IMG/VR virus record: IMGVR_UViG_3300029910_000007
Reading direction: 5' to 3' (one strand)
DNA length: 64,000 nucleotides
Source: a virus
Part shown: piece after piece, positions 31,698-41,439 of the stretch
Numbering within the stretch: position 1 is the stretch's first letter
Layout: the number at the start of each line of letters is the position of its first letter
The notes under the pieces: generated by a model
The model's input: only the letters and a program-made list of their open reading frames with translations
Databases searched by the model: none
Told to the model about the DNA's origin: nothing
Position numbers and translations under genes: made by a program

Positions 31698-32258
31698 ATG
31701 AATGATTTCATCCTTGATCTAGAAACACTCTCACTAAGACCTAATGCTGTAGTTCTATCTTGTGGAATTATTGCTGTCGATCTATCCAAAGATTTTACAG
31801 CAGAAGATTTAAAAGAAAGAAGTCTCTTTGTAAAATTCAAATCAAATTCTCAGACCAATAGACATATCTCATCCGATACATTGAATTGGTGGCGCAACCA
31901 GTCGATTGAAGTACAACGCTCTCAGCTTCTACCAAGCCCGTCAGACGTTTCTTTAGTTGATGGATACAAGGCCATCCAACAGTTCATCAAATTGAACTGT
32001 ATGACGCCTAATAAGGCTGTGTATTGGTGTCGTGGTGATCTTGAATCTTCTGTTCTGTCTGATATTGCTTTTGAACTCGGACTACCAGAACTCTATCCAT
32101 ACCATCGTAAGAGAGATGTAAGAACAGCCGTCGATATACTCACCGGATCAGACAATGGGTATTGTGATACAATTCCACTAATGCCAGATGGTTTAAAAGA
32201 ACACGATCCTGTAGATGATTGTATTCGAGACCTTTGGATGCTCAGATATTTTGAATAG
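31698..32258 (+). CDS. DEDDh-type 3'-5' exonuclease
   Basis: FILDLETLS (DxE) and HDPVDDC (H-x4-D) motifs. Confidence 0.7.
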   Translation: MNDFILDLETLSLRPNAVVLSCGIIAVDLSKDFTAEDLKERSLFVKFKSNSQTNRHISSDTLNWWRNQSIEVQRSQLLPSPSDVSLVDGYKAIQQFIKLNCMTPNKAVYWCRGDLESSVLSDIAFELGLPELYPYHRKRDVRTAVDILTGSDNGYCDTIPLMPDGLKEHDPVDDCIRDLWMLRYFE

Positions 32259-32260
32259 GG

Positions 32261-32617
32261 ATGAACATGACAACAGAAGAAAAGAATGCGATGAAATTTA
32301 GTGCTATTTTTGCTATAGTTGTAATAATTGCAGTTTCGATCATGTGTTTTCTACCAAAAGATCATCTTGGTCCACTCGATCTTGATCTAAGCTATGGTGT
32401 AAAGGAAACAACATTTGTTGATTTCATTTGGCCGCATGGTGATATTGGAACCATAAAACTTCCATTCAGAAAGGATTTAAGCTATTATGTCTGTGGTATA
32501 GATGGAACGCCAAAGGAACCTATAATTTATTGTGATGTTAAAATCCATCATCCTGATGGCACATACGAAGGTGGTCAGATTGAGTTGCCACTAGTTACAA
32601 ACAAGACAGATATATGA
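32261..32617 (+). CDS. membrane-anchored hypothetical protein
   Basis: N-terminal hydrophobic FSAIFAIVVIIAVSIMCFL. Confidence 0.5.
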   Translation: MNMTTEEKNAMKFSAIFAIVVIIAVSIMCFLPKDHLGPLDLDLSYGVKETTFVDFIWPHGDIGTIKLPFRKDLSYYVCGIDGTPKEPIIYCDVKIHHPDGTYEGGQIELPLVTNKTDI

Positions 32618-33147
32618 AACGCACTGAAGAAGAGAATAATCGAATGCAAGCACTAAAAGACAATCAACCACTTTTTGCTGATCTTGAACATCACAGAATT
32701 GAGGGATATACCCATACCGGACGAAGAATCGAACCTATTCCTCTGATTTCTCACATCAAGGGAAATTTGTATTCGGGTGGTTGTAAAGATGGAGCGCAAC
32801 TACCTGATATCATTAAGTTTGTTGTGTCGGCCTATCCTTGGGAAAAGTACAAAGTTTCTTCCAAGAACAACAATGTCAATGTCTCTTACAATTGGCTTTA
32901 CGATGCAGCAGCGATGCCTAACCTGATCCAGCTTCATGCTCTAGCTGATTATGTGGCTGCTGTCAGCAAAATCGCACCAACACTCGTCCATTGTCAGGCG
33001 GGTCTGAATCGTTCCGGGTTGATTGTTTGTCTAGCTCTCATGAAGGATGGTATGACTGCAAACGAAGCTATTAACCTGCTTCGCTCTCAGCGTAGTGAAG
33101 TCTGTTTGAGTAATGCGACTTTTGAAAAGTATCTATTGAGTTCATGA
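32614..33147 (+). CDS. Cys-based (dual-specificity/PTP-like) phosphatase
   Basis: CX5R signature VHCQAGLNRSG. Confidence 0.75.
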   Translation: MKRTEEENNRMQALKDNQPLFADLEHHRIEGYTHTGRRIEPIPLISHIKGNLYSGGCKDGAQLPDIIKFVVSAYPWEKYKVSSKNNNVNVSYNWLYDAAAMPNLIQLHALADYVAAVSKIAPTLVHCQAGLNRSGLIVCLALMKDGMTANEAINLLRSQRSEVCLSNATFEKYLLSS

Positions 33148-33566
33148 GCGAAATTTACTTAATCAAACCGATGGATTTAATAACCGAAATTGCACACAAT
33201 TTGTACATCGGTGGATGGTCTGACTCCAATCTACCAGAAAAGTTTGGTTATGTGGTATCTCTTATTAGAGAATCGTATCGTTTTAATTCAGATGTCACCA
33301 CATTGAAAAGCTACTTTGCTGACACTGATAAAATACCAGACCTTACTCAGATTGGTGTAATTGTTGATTGGATTAGTTCGGTTAGAATTCATAAACCAAT
33401 TTTAATTCATTGTCATATGGGTATTAATCGCTCTGCATTCATTGCTGCAATAGTCCTCATTCAAGATGGAATGACTCCATCTGATGCTATTACTCTGATT
33501 AGAGAAAAAAGATCAGAAAGTTGTTTGAGTAACAAAACTTTTGAAAAATATTTGAGGTCTCTATGA
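33144..33566 (+). CDS. Cys-based (dual-specificity/PTP-like) phosphatase, tandem paralog
   Basis: CX5R signature IHCHMGINRSA; shared tail ..LRSQRSEVCLSN.TFEKYL / IREKRSESCLSNKTFEKYL. Confidence 0.75.
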   Translation: MSEIYLIKPMDLITEIAHNLYIGGWSDSNLPEKFGYVVSLIRESYRFNSDVTTLKSYFADTDKIPDLTQIGVIVDWISSVRIHKPILIHCHMGINRSAFIAAIVLIQDGMTPSDAITLIREKRSESCLSNKTFEKYLRSL

Positions 33567-33757
33567 AACAAGTTTCAATTGGTGAAGCACTGACGATTCT
33601 TATCATCTGTATCTATAATTTTGCCGTTATATTTTCAACTGGTTTTGTAGTGTTTGAAAAGGGATACAGTGGATGGTGGTTCCTATTGGCATTTTTCTGT
33701 TTGACGGGAATCAAAAATGATGATAGTGAAAAGGAATGCAAATGTCAGAAGCAATAG
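33563..33757 (+). CDS. small membrane protein
   Basis: Two hydrophobic segments. Confidence 0.5.
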   Translation: MKQVSIGEALTILIICIYNFAVIFSTGFVVFEKGYSGWWFLLAFFCLTGIKNDDSEKECKCQKQ

Positions 33758-33927
33758 ATGTTAAATTGAAAGAGCAAGCAATCTTTATTTTAAGTGCTTA
33801 CAAAAAGCGTGTTGGAATATTCAATGTGTCTTTAACAGGTGCGGTTAACGAACTTTTAAAGAATGGGATAGGTTTCTATGATACAAAAACTCAAAATGTA
33901 ATTGACAAAAGTGATAATAAAGTATGA
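33736..33927 (+). CDS. hypothetical protein
   Basis: 63-aa ORF. Confidence 0.45.
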   Translation: MQMSEAIDVKLKEQAIFILSAYKKRVGIFNVSLTGAVNELLKNGIGFYDTKTQNVIDKSDNKV

Positions 33928-34394
33928 GCAATCAGATAAGTTCATGGGATAGGTTCTTTTTGGAAAATGCCCATTTACAGGCATCAAAAAGTAAAGACCC
34001 TTCAACGAAGGTAGGCTGTGTTGTTGTCGATGATGACAATGTTATAAAATCTAGCGGTTTTAATGGTTTTCCTCGTGGTATTGATGAAACTGATCCTAAA
34101 CGATGGGAACGACCTCTAAAGTACAAAATGATTGTTCACTCTGAATTAAATTCAATTTTTAATGCAGCGAGAGTTGGAGTATCACTTAAAGGTTGTCGTT
34201 TATATTTAAATTGGGCCGGTTCACCTTGTGAAGAGTGTGCAAAAGGAATTATTCAAGCTGGCATCAAGGAAATTATTACTACCGATATACCATTCCCCGG
34301 AAAGGGAAATGGCATAAATTATAGCACAGAAATTGGATTTCAACTTTTACAAGAGGCTGGAATTTTGATTAAAGAAATTCCCACAAATAGATAA
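33924..34394 (+). CDS. cd: dCMP deaminase
   Basis: HSELN (HAE-type zinc ligand) and PCEECAKGI (PCxxC) motifs. Confidence 0.85.
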   Translation: MSNQISSWDRFFLENAHLQASKSKDPSTKVGCVVVDDDNVIKSSGFNGFPRGIDETDPKRWERPLKYKMIVHSELNSIFNAARVGVSLKGCRLYLNWAGSPCEECAKGIIQAGIKEIITTDIPFPGKGNGINYSTEIGFQLLQEAGILIKEIPTNR

Positions 34395-34402
34395 TCATTA
34401 AA

Positions 34403-34429
34403 TACTCCTGCGTATATCATGCAGGAGTA
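34403..34429 (+). promoter_or_regulatory. hairpin sequestering the Shine-Dalgarno of the HNH gene
   Basis: TACTCCTGC (34403-34411) pairs with GCAGGAGTA (34421-34429); AGGAG at 34423-34427 lies 7 nt before the TTG start; ATTAAATA (34397-34404) sits just upstream. Confidence 0.55.
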
Positions 34430-34434
34430 TAGTT

Positions 34435-35169
34435 TTGCAAATATTTAAACACAAACATCACATTATACCAAAACATATGGGAGGTACTAACGATCCTTCT
34501 AATTTAATTCGATTGACTATTGAAGAACACGCGGAAGCTCATAGGAAATTATGGGAAACTTTTGGTAAAAAGGAAGATTATATTGCGTGGAAAGCTCTCT
34601 CAGGATCAATATCATGTGAAGAAATTACACGCTTAATTCTTTCTATGGTTGGGCAGAGACAGGGAAAGATTAATGCTGAAAATGGTCATATGTCAAATAT
34701 TGGAAAAAATATGCCAATGGAGGATAGACTTAGGTATTCTGCTCTTGCTGTTGAAGTTATGCGATCAGAAAAACTTGGTTGCTTTTTTAATGATGAACTT
34801 AGAAGAAAATCTTGCTCTCTAGGAGGAAAAATACAAGGCCCAAGGAATGTAAAATCTGGGCATTTATCTCGAATAGCAAAAATTAAAACACCTAAAAGAG
34901 AACAAGCTTGGAAAGAAGTTCAGAAAAAATCCTATCTTGTATGTACACCAGAATGGAAAAGTAATATGCTTACTCAATATTGGGCAGATGTTCATTCTGG
35001 ATTAAAACAACGAGTAAAACAACCTAAGAAAATAACTATAAACAATGGTATCAATAATAAACAAATATTAGCAATAGAAACAATTCCAGAAGGATGGAAA
35101 CGAGGTATATTGAGAAGTAGGTCTGGTCCTAAAGTTGGATCAAAGCATAAAATAAAGATTAAAACATGA
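34435..35169 (+). CDS. HNH homing endonuclease
   Basis: TTG start; HKHHIIPKHMGGTNDPSNLIRLTIEEHAEAH. Confidence 0.8.
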   Translation: MQIFKHKHHIIPKHMGGTNDPSNLIRLTIEEHAEAHRKLWETFGKKEDYIAWKALSGSISCEEITRLILSMVGQRQGKINAENGHMSNIGKNMPMEDRLRYSALAVEVMRSEKLGCFFNDELRRKSCSLGGKIQGPRNVKSGHLSRIAKIKTPKREQAWKEVQKKSYLVCTPEWKSNMLTQYWADVHSGLKQRVKQPKKITINNGINNKQILAIETIPEGWKRGILRSRSGPKVGSKHKIKIKT

Positions 35170-36134
35170 AGATAATCAAGAGCTTGCACGGCATTGGGGA
35201 TCACTTATATGAAAGACCGCTCATCAAAGCTCTCGCTGAGAAAGAAACGCTATACGTAGAATCTCCACTCCCATTTATGCTATCTGGGATTGATAATGTA
35301 AAGTTTCTTAAAACAGAAACACCATGGAGAACACAAAATCTCCAACAAAAAATAGCTGATAACAATGTTGGCATTGAATATTCACAGCTTCCAGAAGAAG
35401 CCTTTCAGCAAATCACCTATCCACCAATCAGACCGGGATACCCTAGACCAAATTTCAATCGTATTCAGAGAGTTGTCAGACCTGAACTAGAAATCAGGTT
35501 TGGTTATGGTCCTGACAACTATTCTAGATGGAATCTCATTCAATGTCTTGAGAGACAAGCTAAAGTCACTCTAACTGAACCTATCGATTTTGCAATGCCA
35601 GATTTTGGTCCTTGTCCGGTCGATACTGGTGGCAAGAAATTAGCCATTGTCAGACCTCCTACAGACCGTGCTGAGTGGCACACACCATCTAGACAGTGTC
35701 TACCTCAGTACACCAACAGAGCGTGTCAGATGCTCAAGGCTGTGGGCTACTACACGGTATCAGTGGCTGATTGTGTCGAAGGTAAGGAATGGCTGGTGGG
35801 TGATACACCAGAAGCTGACTTGATTCTTCATTCAGGTGAATTGAGTCTAGTCAAACTGATGGCTCTCTGTCAACATGCCGATGTTATTGTTGGTGGTGTA
35901 GGCTGGATCGTTCCGGCTGGCATTGCTTTCAAGAGGAATACATTTATATGTGGGGGTGGACGAGCGGGTTACGACCATCAGGAAAAAATCTGTGACATGA
36001 GAATGGACCTAGAAAAGTTCACAATGGTCCATCCAGACTTTCCATGTATGTGTTTCGAAGCTAAACATAACTGTTATAAGATCATTTCCAACTTTGATGA
36101 GGAATTTCAGAAGTTTATAAATAATGCACGGTGA
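35166..36134 (+). CDS. putative glycosyltransferase-like protein (GT-B/GT9-like paralog)
   Basis: LHGIGDHLYERPLIKAL near the N-terminus, HADVIVGGVGWIVPAGIAF near the C-terminus. Confidence 0.4.
   Translation: MKIIKSLHGIGDHLYERPLIKALAEKETLYVESPLPFMLSGIDNVKFLKTETPWRTQNLQQKIADNNVGIEYSQLPEEAFQQITYPPIRPGYPRPNFNRIQRVVRPELEIRFGYGPDNYSRWNLIQCLERQAKVTLTEPIDFAMPDFGPCPVDTGGKKLAIVRPPTDRAEWHTPSRQCLPQYTNRACQMLKAVGYYTVSVADCVEGKEWLVGDTPEADLILHSGELSLVKLMALCQHADVIVGGVGWIVPAGIAFKRNTFICGGGRAGYDHQEKICDMRMDLEKFTMVHPDFPCMCFEAKHNCYKIISNFDEEFQKFINNAR
36116..36123 (+). promoter_or_regulatory. T4-type late promoter box
   Basis: Exact TATAAATA 30 nt upstream of GTG 36154. Confidence 0.45.
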
Positions 36135-36153
36135 TAACAATGAGAACTAAAAC

Positions 36154-36795
36154 GTGCATACTGAGCTTGAGCTTGAGCTTTTCTGGTGGGAGAATCTAGG
36201 TTATGGTTATTTTCCAGTTGATGAATACTGGAAGCAGAACAATTTGAAAGAGTCGGATGTGTATGGAAAATCCTACTTTGAAAAATATTCAGTCTATGAA
36301 AAACAAAGCTGCGCCATCAATGATGCCAGAGTAGAATTTACTCAGCTAGTTCTAGGATCAGACAATGATGCAATCGTCCTAGACGTTGGCATTGGTTCAG
36401 GAACATTTGTCCGATCTTCACCAGATTATTACGGTTATGATGTCAATCCAGCTGGTATTGAATGGTTGACTGAGAACAAGAAGTTCTTAGACATGTACAA
36501 GCCGAATAATACTACTGCCTACACATTTTGGGATTCATTCGAACACATCAAAGATTTGAAGTCTGTTATGCTAGCTGCACCAGAATTCATCATTATGAGT
36601 ATTCCGATCTTTAAGAATAAGGAAGATGTTCTGAAGAGTAAACACTATCGCAAGGATGAACACTTTCACTATTTTACAGACTGTGGTATAAAGGACTTCA
36701 TGCACGACTATGGCTTTCAATTCCTCTTCCAGAATGATATGGAAGTGAAGCTCGGAAGAGAATCCATCGGAACATATGCCTTCAAGAGGGTTTAA
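36154..36795 (+). CDS. class I SAM-dependent methyltransferase
   Basis: Motif I IVLDVGIGSGTF, then GYDVNP. Confidence 0.65.
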   Translation: MHTELELELFWWENLGYGYFPVDEYWKQNNLKESDVYGKSYFEKYSVYEKQSCAINDARVEFTQLVLGSDNDAIVLDVGIGSGTFVRSSPDYYGYDVNPAGIEWLTENKKFLDMYKPNNTTAYTFWDSFEHIKDLKSVMLAAPEFIIMSIPIFKNKEDVLKSKHYRKDEHFHYFTDCGIKDFMHDYGFQFLFQNDMEVKLGRESIGTYAFKRV

Positions 36796-36797
36796 TT

Positions 36798-37013
36798 ATG
36801 TCGGTTTTCAATGATTGTACCGGAATCAAAATTGATTTTGAAATCAAGAGCCACAAGACAGGAACAGTTGTAACTGGAACCAAGAAATTCAATACTTCAA
36901 ACCATGAAATGGTCTTGAGTGAGTTCTTCAAGGAATTTCCAGAATCAGAATTTAAGGTCAATAAGTTTTCTTCTATTCTTTGTTTTGGAGAAGCCGACCT
37001 TATCTGTGGATGA
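36798..37013 (+). CDS. hypothetical protein
   Basis: 71-aa ORF. Confidence 0.5.
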   Translation: MSVFNDCTGIKIDFEIKSHKTGTVVTGTKKFNTSNHEMVLSEFFKEFPESEFKVNKFSSILCFGEADLICG

Positions 37014-37078
37014 GTGTTGACTTTTAAAGTTTCATTGTGTTACACTCGATCTTTCGTTCTTAAAACGGGTGAAGAAAC

Positions 37079-37561
37079 ATGAAACTAATTACAATAGGAC
37101 TCATAGTCGCTACATTGATGGTCTCCAATAACGTAGAAGCAAACTATAGTCATCAGTCCAATAGTTATCATTCAAATATGGAATGTCTTGTCCAGAACAT
37201 CTATAGAGAATCAAGAGGCGAATCTTATACAGGCAGACTCGCAGTCGCCTTTGTGACATTCAACCGAGCAAAGAAGGACATCAACAACCTATGTTCTGTT
37301 GTCTATCAATCAGCTGTCAGAAATGGTAAGAAGATTTGTCAATTTTCTTGGGTATGTGAGCCACCTAAGAAAGTTATAGACTTTCAGAGCTATCAAGATA
37401 GTCGAGAGATTGCAAATTTGGTGGTTGGATATATTGCTATTGATCCTTCTCATGGGGCAACTCACTTTCACACAACTACTGTACACCCAAAATGGGATAA
37501 AGCAGCCAAAGTTGTAGCCAAAATAGGCCACCATATTTTTCTTATGATTTCAGCTAAGTAG
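37079..37561 (+). CDS. SleB-family cell wall hydrolase with N-terminal signal/anchor
   Basis: ECLVQNIYRESRGESYTGRLAVAFVTFNRA...CQFSW; hydrophobic N-terminus. Confidence 0.75.
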   Translation: MKLITIGLIVATLMVSNNVEANYSHQSNSYHSNMECLVQNIYRESRGESYTGRLAVAFVTFNRAKKDINNLCSVVYQSAVRNGKKICQFSWVCEPPKKVIDFQSYQDSREIANLVVGYIAIDPSHGATHFHTTTVHPKWDKAAKVVAKIGHHIFLMISAK

Positions 37562-37717
37562 CTTTACTATAAATGGTTCCGTCAATAATAAAAACGGAAT
37601 CAGAAAGTGGAAAAATTGAACATATCTATGCGAATAATAATCTATGTATCGTGGCTATTGATCAGAGAAGGACTCAGAAACTTGAACATCCTGAAACGGC
37701 CAGTTAAACTATATCCA

Positions 37718-37954
37718 ATGACTGACCAAATACAAGAAATTCTGAACAGGAAATATTCACATAAGTGGAGTGGTTGGCCCGGTGCATACTGTCTCAAATG
37801 TGGTACTCAAGACCCCTATGAAATTGCCATTGCTGATGGATGGATTGATTTTGTCGAAAATTCAGACGATCCTACTGGTGAATATCTTCAGAAGTGGGAC
37901 ACCAAAGAACATGAAACCCTCGTTGAACAACTGAACATCTGCCACCATCCATAA
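37718..37954 (+). CDS. hypothetical protein
   Basis: ATG 37718 preferred over track GTG 37607, whose N-terminal 37 aa look non-coding; start uncertain. Confidence 0.4.
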   Translation: MTDQIQEILNRKYSHKWSGWPGAYCLKCGTQDPYEIAIADGWIDFVENSDDPTGEYLQKWDTKEHETLVEQLNICHHP

Positions 37955-39111
37955 TGAACAACATCACTTATAGCGTCCATGCAAATATGTTGCATGAGCA
38001 GACCAATACTTTTGGCTATTCAAAGTTTTTGGCTGTATTCAAAGAAGCACCTAGACATGCGATGCATATCTATGGAATTGGATTGACACCGAGTGAAGTT
38101 GAAGAAAGGTTAACAAAATTTCGTGTAAGGTACAACGAAAAAGAAAAATACTCTTCTCACAATGTAAGTGATTCAAAGCATTCATTCCAATTCTCCAATT
38201 TCTATATCTATCCGGGGATTGTTATCTCAGTAGATGGGTCGAATAGTAACAACCCCACAAAGCCAATTACTATTGATTCAGTTTTTGATGAGTATGGAGA
38301 AGACGACGATCTTATTGACAGTAAAAAGTCAAACATCGTTTTCTTGTCTTCTTCTCTTGAACGATACGACGAATTTTATGAATTTGCAACAAAAAATTTG
38401 CTAGTACATCCAATTCCTAGCAATGAACGAAAGATACATATCATCACACAAGGTCCAAGAGGTTTGGATTTGTCGGAATACACAATGCCAGTCTCTAGCG
38501 TAAAATCCAATGAAGAGGTGATGACAAACTACAATGACGATTTTGTGGCATTCGATGAACACATCAGAAAGAGTCTGAAGGACAAACCAAAAGGCATCAT
38601 CATGCTTCATGGCGTTCCCGGAACTGGAAAGACTTCTTATATCAGAACTCTCATCACAACAGCCACCAGAAAGGTCATCTATGTTCCGAATGAGATTGCC
38701 AAGATGTTGGGTGATCCATCATTCATGACACTTCTTCATGCAAATGAAGGTGCTATTCTGGTGATCGAAGATGCAGAAGAAATTCTTGCACCTAGAGAGG
38801 ATGGTGGAAATCCAGCTGTCAGCAATATTCTGAACCTCTGTGACGGAATTTTGAGTGATATCTTATCGATCAGTGTTGTAGCAACCTTCAACTCTAGTTT
38901 GAACAAAATCGATAGCGCACTCAGACGTAAAGGTCGATTGATTGGAGAGTATGAATTCAAACCACTCTCTCAGAGGAAGGCTTCTGTTTTGATGCAGTCT
39001 CTGTATAAGATTGATGCACAAAAACCAATGACATTAGCAGAAATTTACAACTTTGAAGAACAAGAGTTCAAGACTCAAGAAGCAAAATCAAAATTTGGAT
39101 TTACCCAATAA
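37954..39111 (+). CDS. AAA+ ATPase
   Basis: Walker A HGVPGTGKTS, Walker B ILVIEDAEE, Arg-finger region ALRRKGRL. Confidence 0.8.
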   Translation: MNNITYSVHANMLHEQTNTFGYSKFLAVFKEAPRHAMHIYGIGLTPSEVEERLTKFRVRYNEKEKYSSHNVSDSKHSFQFSNFYIYPGIVISVDGSNSNNPTKPITIDSVFDEYGEDDDLIDSKKSNIVFLSSSLERYDEFYEFATKNLLVHPIPSNERKIHIITQGPRGLDLSEYTMPVSSVKSNEEVMTNYNDDFVAFDEHIRKSLKDKPKGIIMLHGVPGTGKTSYIRTLITTATRKVIYVPNEIAKMLGDPSFMTLLHANEGAILVIEDAEEILAPREDGGNPAVSNILNLCDGILSDILSISVVATFNSSLNKIDSALRRKGRLIGEYEFKPLSQRKASVLMQSLYKIDAQKPMTLAEIYNFEEQEFKTQEAKSKFGFTQ

Positions 39112-39121
39112 GGAATATATT

Positions 39122-39505
39122 ATGATAGACACTGGAACCAGAACAGCTGTACTTCTCGGCATTTGTATGCTACAAGGCCATATCAAGAAAACCAATACTC
39201 ATTGGTGGACAAATCTTGACACTGGCGAACCAATGAAGAGAAACAAGGGTGAGTTAATTGCACTGATTCACTCTGAACTATCTGAAGCACTAGAAGGCGT
39301 CAGAAAGAATATGATGGATACACACCTGACCCATCGACCAATGGAAGTTGTAGAAATGGCTGATGCTGTTATACGTATCGTTGACTACTGCGCTGGATAT
39401 GATCTTGATTTGGCTGGTTCCATTGTCGAGAAACTTGAATATAATGCCACAAGAGAGGATCATAAGCGCGAAAACCGCCTGAAGGCCGATGGGAAGAAGT
39501 TTTGA
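39122..39505 (+). CDS. MazG-like all-alpha NTP pyrophosphohydrolase
   Basis: LIHSELSEALEGVRK and EMADAVIRIVDY metal-binding helix pattern. Confidence 0.55.
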   Translation: MIDTGTRTAVLLGICMLQGHIKKTNTHWWTNLDTGEPMKRNKGELIALIHSELSEALEGVRKNMMDTHLTHRPMEVVEMADAVIRIVDYCAGYDLDLAGSIVEKLEYNATREDHKRENRLKADGKKF

Positions 39506-39747
39506 TGATCAAAACATATTGTGATGTATGTGATAACCAACTCACACTTGAATATCCCAGAGCAGATAACTCAGTGACTGAACTGAAACTACCGAAGGGT
39601 GGTTCACTGAAAATTACCGCACAAACAACCTATAAAGAAAATATTCATGTTTGTTGTTCATGTTTGGCAAAACATTTTAAAAGTCTTGATACTCGTCCAC
39701 TAACATCAATATGGTATCCACTTGGAACTTCAAGGATGTATGAATGA
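39502..39747 (+). CDS. small Cys-rich protein
   Basis: CDVCDN ... CCSC. Confidence 0.5.
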   Translation: MMIKTYCDVCDNQLTLEYPRADNSVTELKLPKGGSLKITAQTTYKENIHVCCSCLAKHFKSLDTRPLTSIWYPLGTSRMYE

Positions 39748-39932
39748 GCGACTACAGAATCGTCTATGAGTGTTCTCTATGCAAGAGGACATTTCGAATA
39801 GATGAAGAAGCGACTAGTGGGTGGGACATGTCAACTCTACTAAAACAAGCATGGCCTACCGTCCATAAATGTACTACATTTTCAATCGGAACAGCCAAGC
39901 CAATTGGAATAGAATTTGGACCAGAACTATGA
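39744..39932 (+). CDS. hypothetical protein
   Basis: 62 aa, ATGA overlap. Confidence 0.45.
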   Translation: MSDYRIVYECSLCKRTFRIDEEATSGWDMSTLLKQAWPTVHKCTTFSIGTAKPIGIEFGPEL

Positions 39933-40132
39933 TCTTGACAATCCTTTCACTCTATGCAATCTTTTGCTTCTACGTCATCATTTCGTTTGCTGTAGACGAT
40001 GACAGCTTAACATTCTCAGAATGGATGGAAACCATTTGTATAGGCATACTCTTGCTTATTCCGATCATGGTTCTCTTACCATTCATCATCTATGACCTCA
40101 ACAGAGACCATACTAATGACAGCTACAAATGA
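39929..40132 (+). CDS. small membrane protein
   Basis: ATG 39929; two hydrophobic helices. Confidence 0.5.
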   Translation: MILTILSLYAIFCFYVIISFAVDDDSLTFSEWMETICIGILLLIPIMVLLPFIIYDLNRDHTNDSYK

Positions 40133-40737
40133 TATTTATTTTTGTGAATTGTAAAAAGTCCGGTATTGAACAATTTGTTACAATGAGTACAAAGAATTTT
40201 GGGTCTGAGTAACATGAGTTTTGATTTAAGGTCTTTGGTTTCTTGCGAATCTGGTATACCTAATCTATACTTATTTCCTTTAGATTTTTCTCCAATTTTT
40301 CTTTTATGCTCTTCTGAATGTTTCTTTCCATAACAATGATTTTTAGGTCCAATTTGTCTAAGAGACGTTTTTATACAAAATTCAGCAGATTTCTTTTTAC
40401 CTTTCTGCGATTTAGACATCTTCTTTCTACTTTCTATAGTGACTATTCGGCCTCTTTGATTTGGACCAGCATCACCACCATCGGTACCATTAACCAATTT
40501 CCAACCTATCATTCGATAAAAATATATGAAATATTTCTCCCATTCAAACGCAGAAAATTCATCTTCGATATTATCGATTAAAATTTCAGAGTAGAATCCA
40601 CCATGCTTTTTGACTTTATTCGTCCAATGAAGACTTCTTGCTCTAGAATGAAACCGACGCCTTGCAGTTCCTTTTCCTATATAAAATACTTCATTAGTAT
40701 CTTGAGTACGATGAATGTAAACGTAGTAAATAGTCAT
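40123..40737 (-). CDS. GIY-YIG homing endonuclease (Seg-like) with NUMOD-type repeats
   Basis: YYVYIHRTQDTNEVFYIGKGTARRR; SKSQKGKK and HSEEHKRKIGEKSKG. Confidence 0.85.
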   Translation of the reverse strand: MTIYYVYIHRTQDTNEVFYIGKGTARRRFHSRARSLHWTNKVKKHGGFYSEILIDNIEDEFSAFEWEKYFIYFYRMIGWKLVNGTDGGDAGPNQRGRIVTIESRKKMSKSQKGKKKSAEFCIKTSLRQIGPKNHCYGKKHSEEHKRKIGEKSKGNKYRLGIPDSQETKDLKSKLMLLRPKILCTHCNKLFNTGLFTIHKNKYHL

Positions 40738-40769
40738 GCTGCAAGTGTCCTTAATCAGATTATTGTAGA

Positions 40770-40810
40770 GCCTATGGTGCTAGATACACGCGATAGGCAC
40801 TTTATTTATG
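40770..40810 (-). promoter_or_regulatory. late-promoter-like box plus 5' hairpin of the GIY-YIG gene
   Basis: On - strand CATAAATA (40803-40810), stem GCCTAT/ATAGGC (40770-40775/40793-40798), then CTCTAC...AAGGA..ATG. Confidence 0.5.
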
Positions 40811-40822
40811 GGAATGTGTGAA

Positions 40823-41410
40823 ATGAAAAAACTTATTGGAATACATGGTAAGGCCGGGTCTGGAAAAGATACTCTTGGAAAGTTAATTATTGATATAGCT
40901 CTCGAAGATTTGAAAATTAAAATTGAGCGATATGGGTTAGCTGATCCAATAAAAAAAGTTTGCTGTTATTTGTTTGATTGGGATGAAAGACATGCAAATG
41001 GAGAACTTAAAGATGTTGTTGATTCTAAATTTGGATTTTCACCAAGACACGCATTTCAGACACTAGGAACAAATTGGGGGAGAGCATGTCTTAGAGATGA
41101 TATTTGGTTGTTTATCGGAAAAGATAAAATGCCAGAATATACCATCATTACAGACGTGCGATTTTCAAATGAGGCCCAATTCATCCTAGACAATGGTGGC
41201 CTATTGGTCCATATTGTAAGACCTTCCCAGAGTCAAATCTCGCTGTCTGAGCATGTGTCTGAAGCTGGACTCAGTCCTGAAATTTTAGAACGTGCATTTT
41301 TAATCAATAATGATGCTGGATTTGAAGCATTGGAAGCACATGCCAGAGTGATTGTCAGAAATTTCTGTTCTGAAAAAGAGCTTGACAAGACTCTCTTTCG
41401 TAGTGTATGA
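40823..41410 (+). CDS. deoxynucleoside monophosphate kinase (T4 gp1-like)
   Basis: MKKLIGIHGKAGSGKDT P-loop as in T4 gp1; alternative ATGs at 40808 and 40814. Confidence 0.65.
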   Translation: MKKLIGIHGKAGSGKDTLGKLIIDIALEDLKIKIERYGLADPIKKVCCYLFDWDERHANGELKDVVDSKFGFSPRHAFQTLGTNWGRACLRDDIWLFIGKDKMPEYTIITDVRFSNEAQFILDNGGLLVHIVRPSQSQISLSEHVSEAGLSPEILERAFLINNDAGFEALEAHARVIVRNFCSEKELDKTLFRSV

Positions 41411-41439
41411 TGAGTCACCACAAATATTGAGGTAAATTT

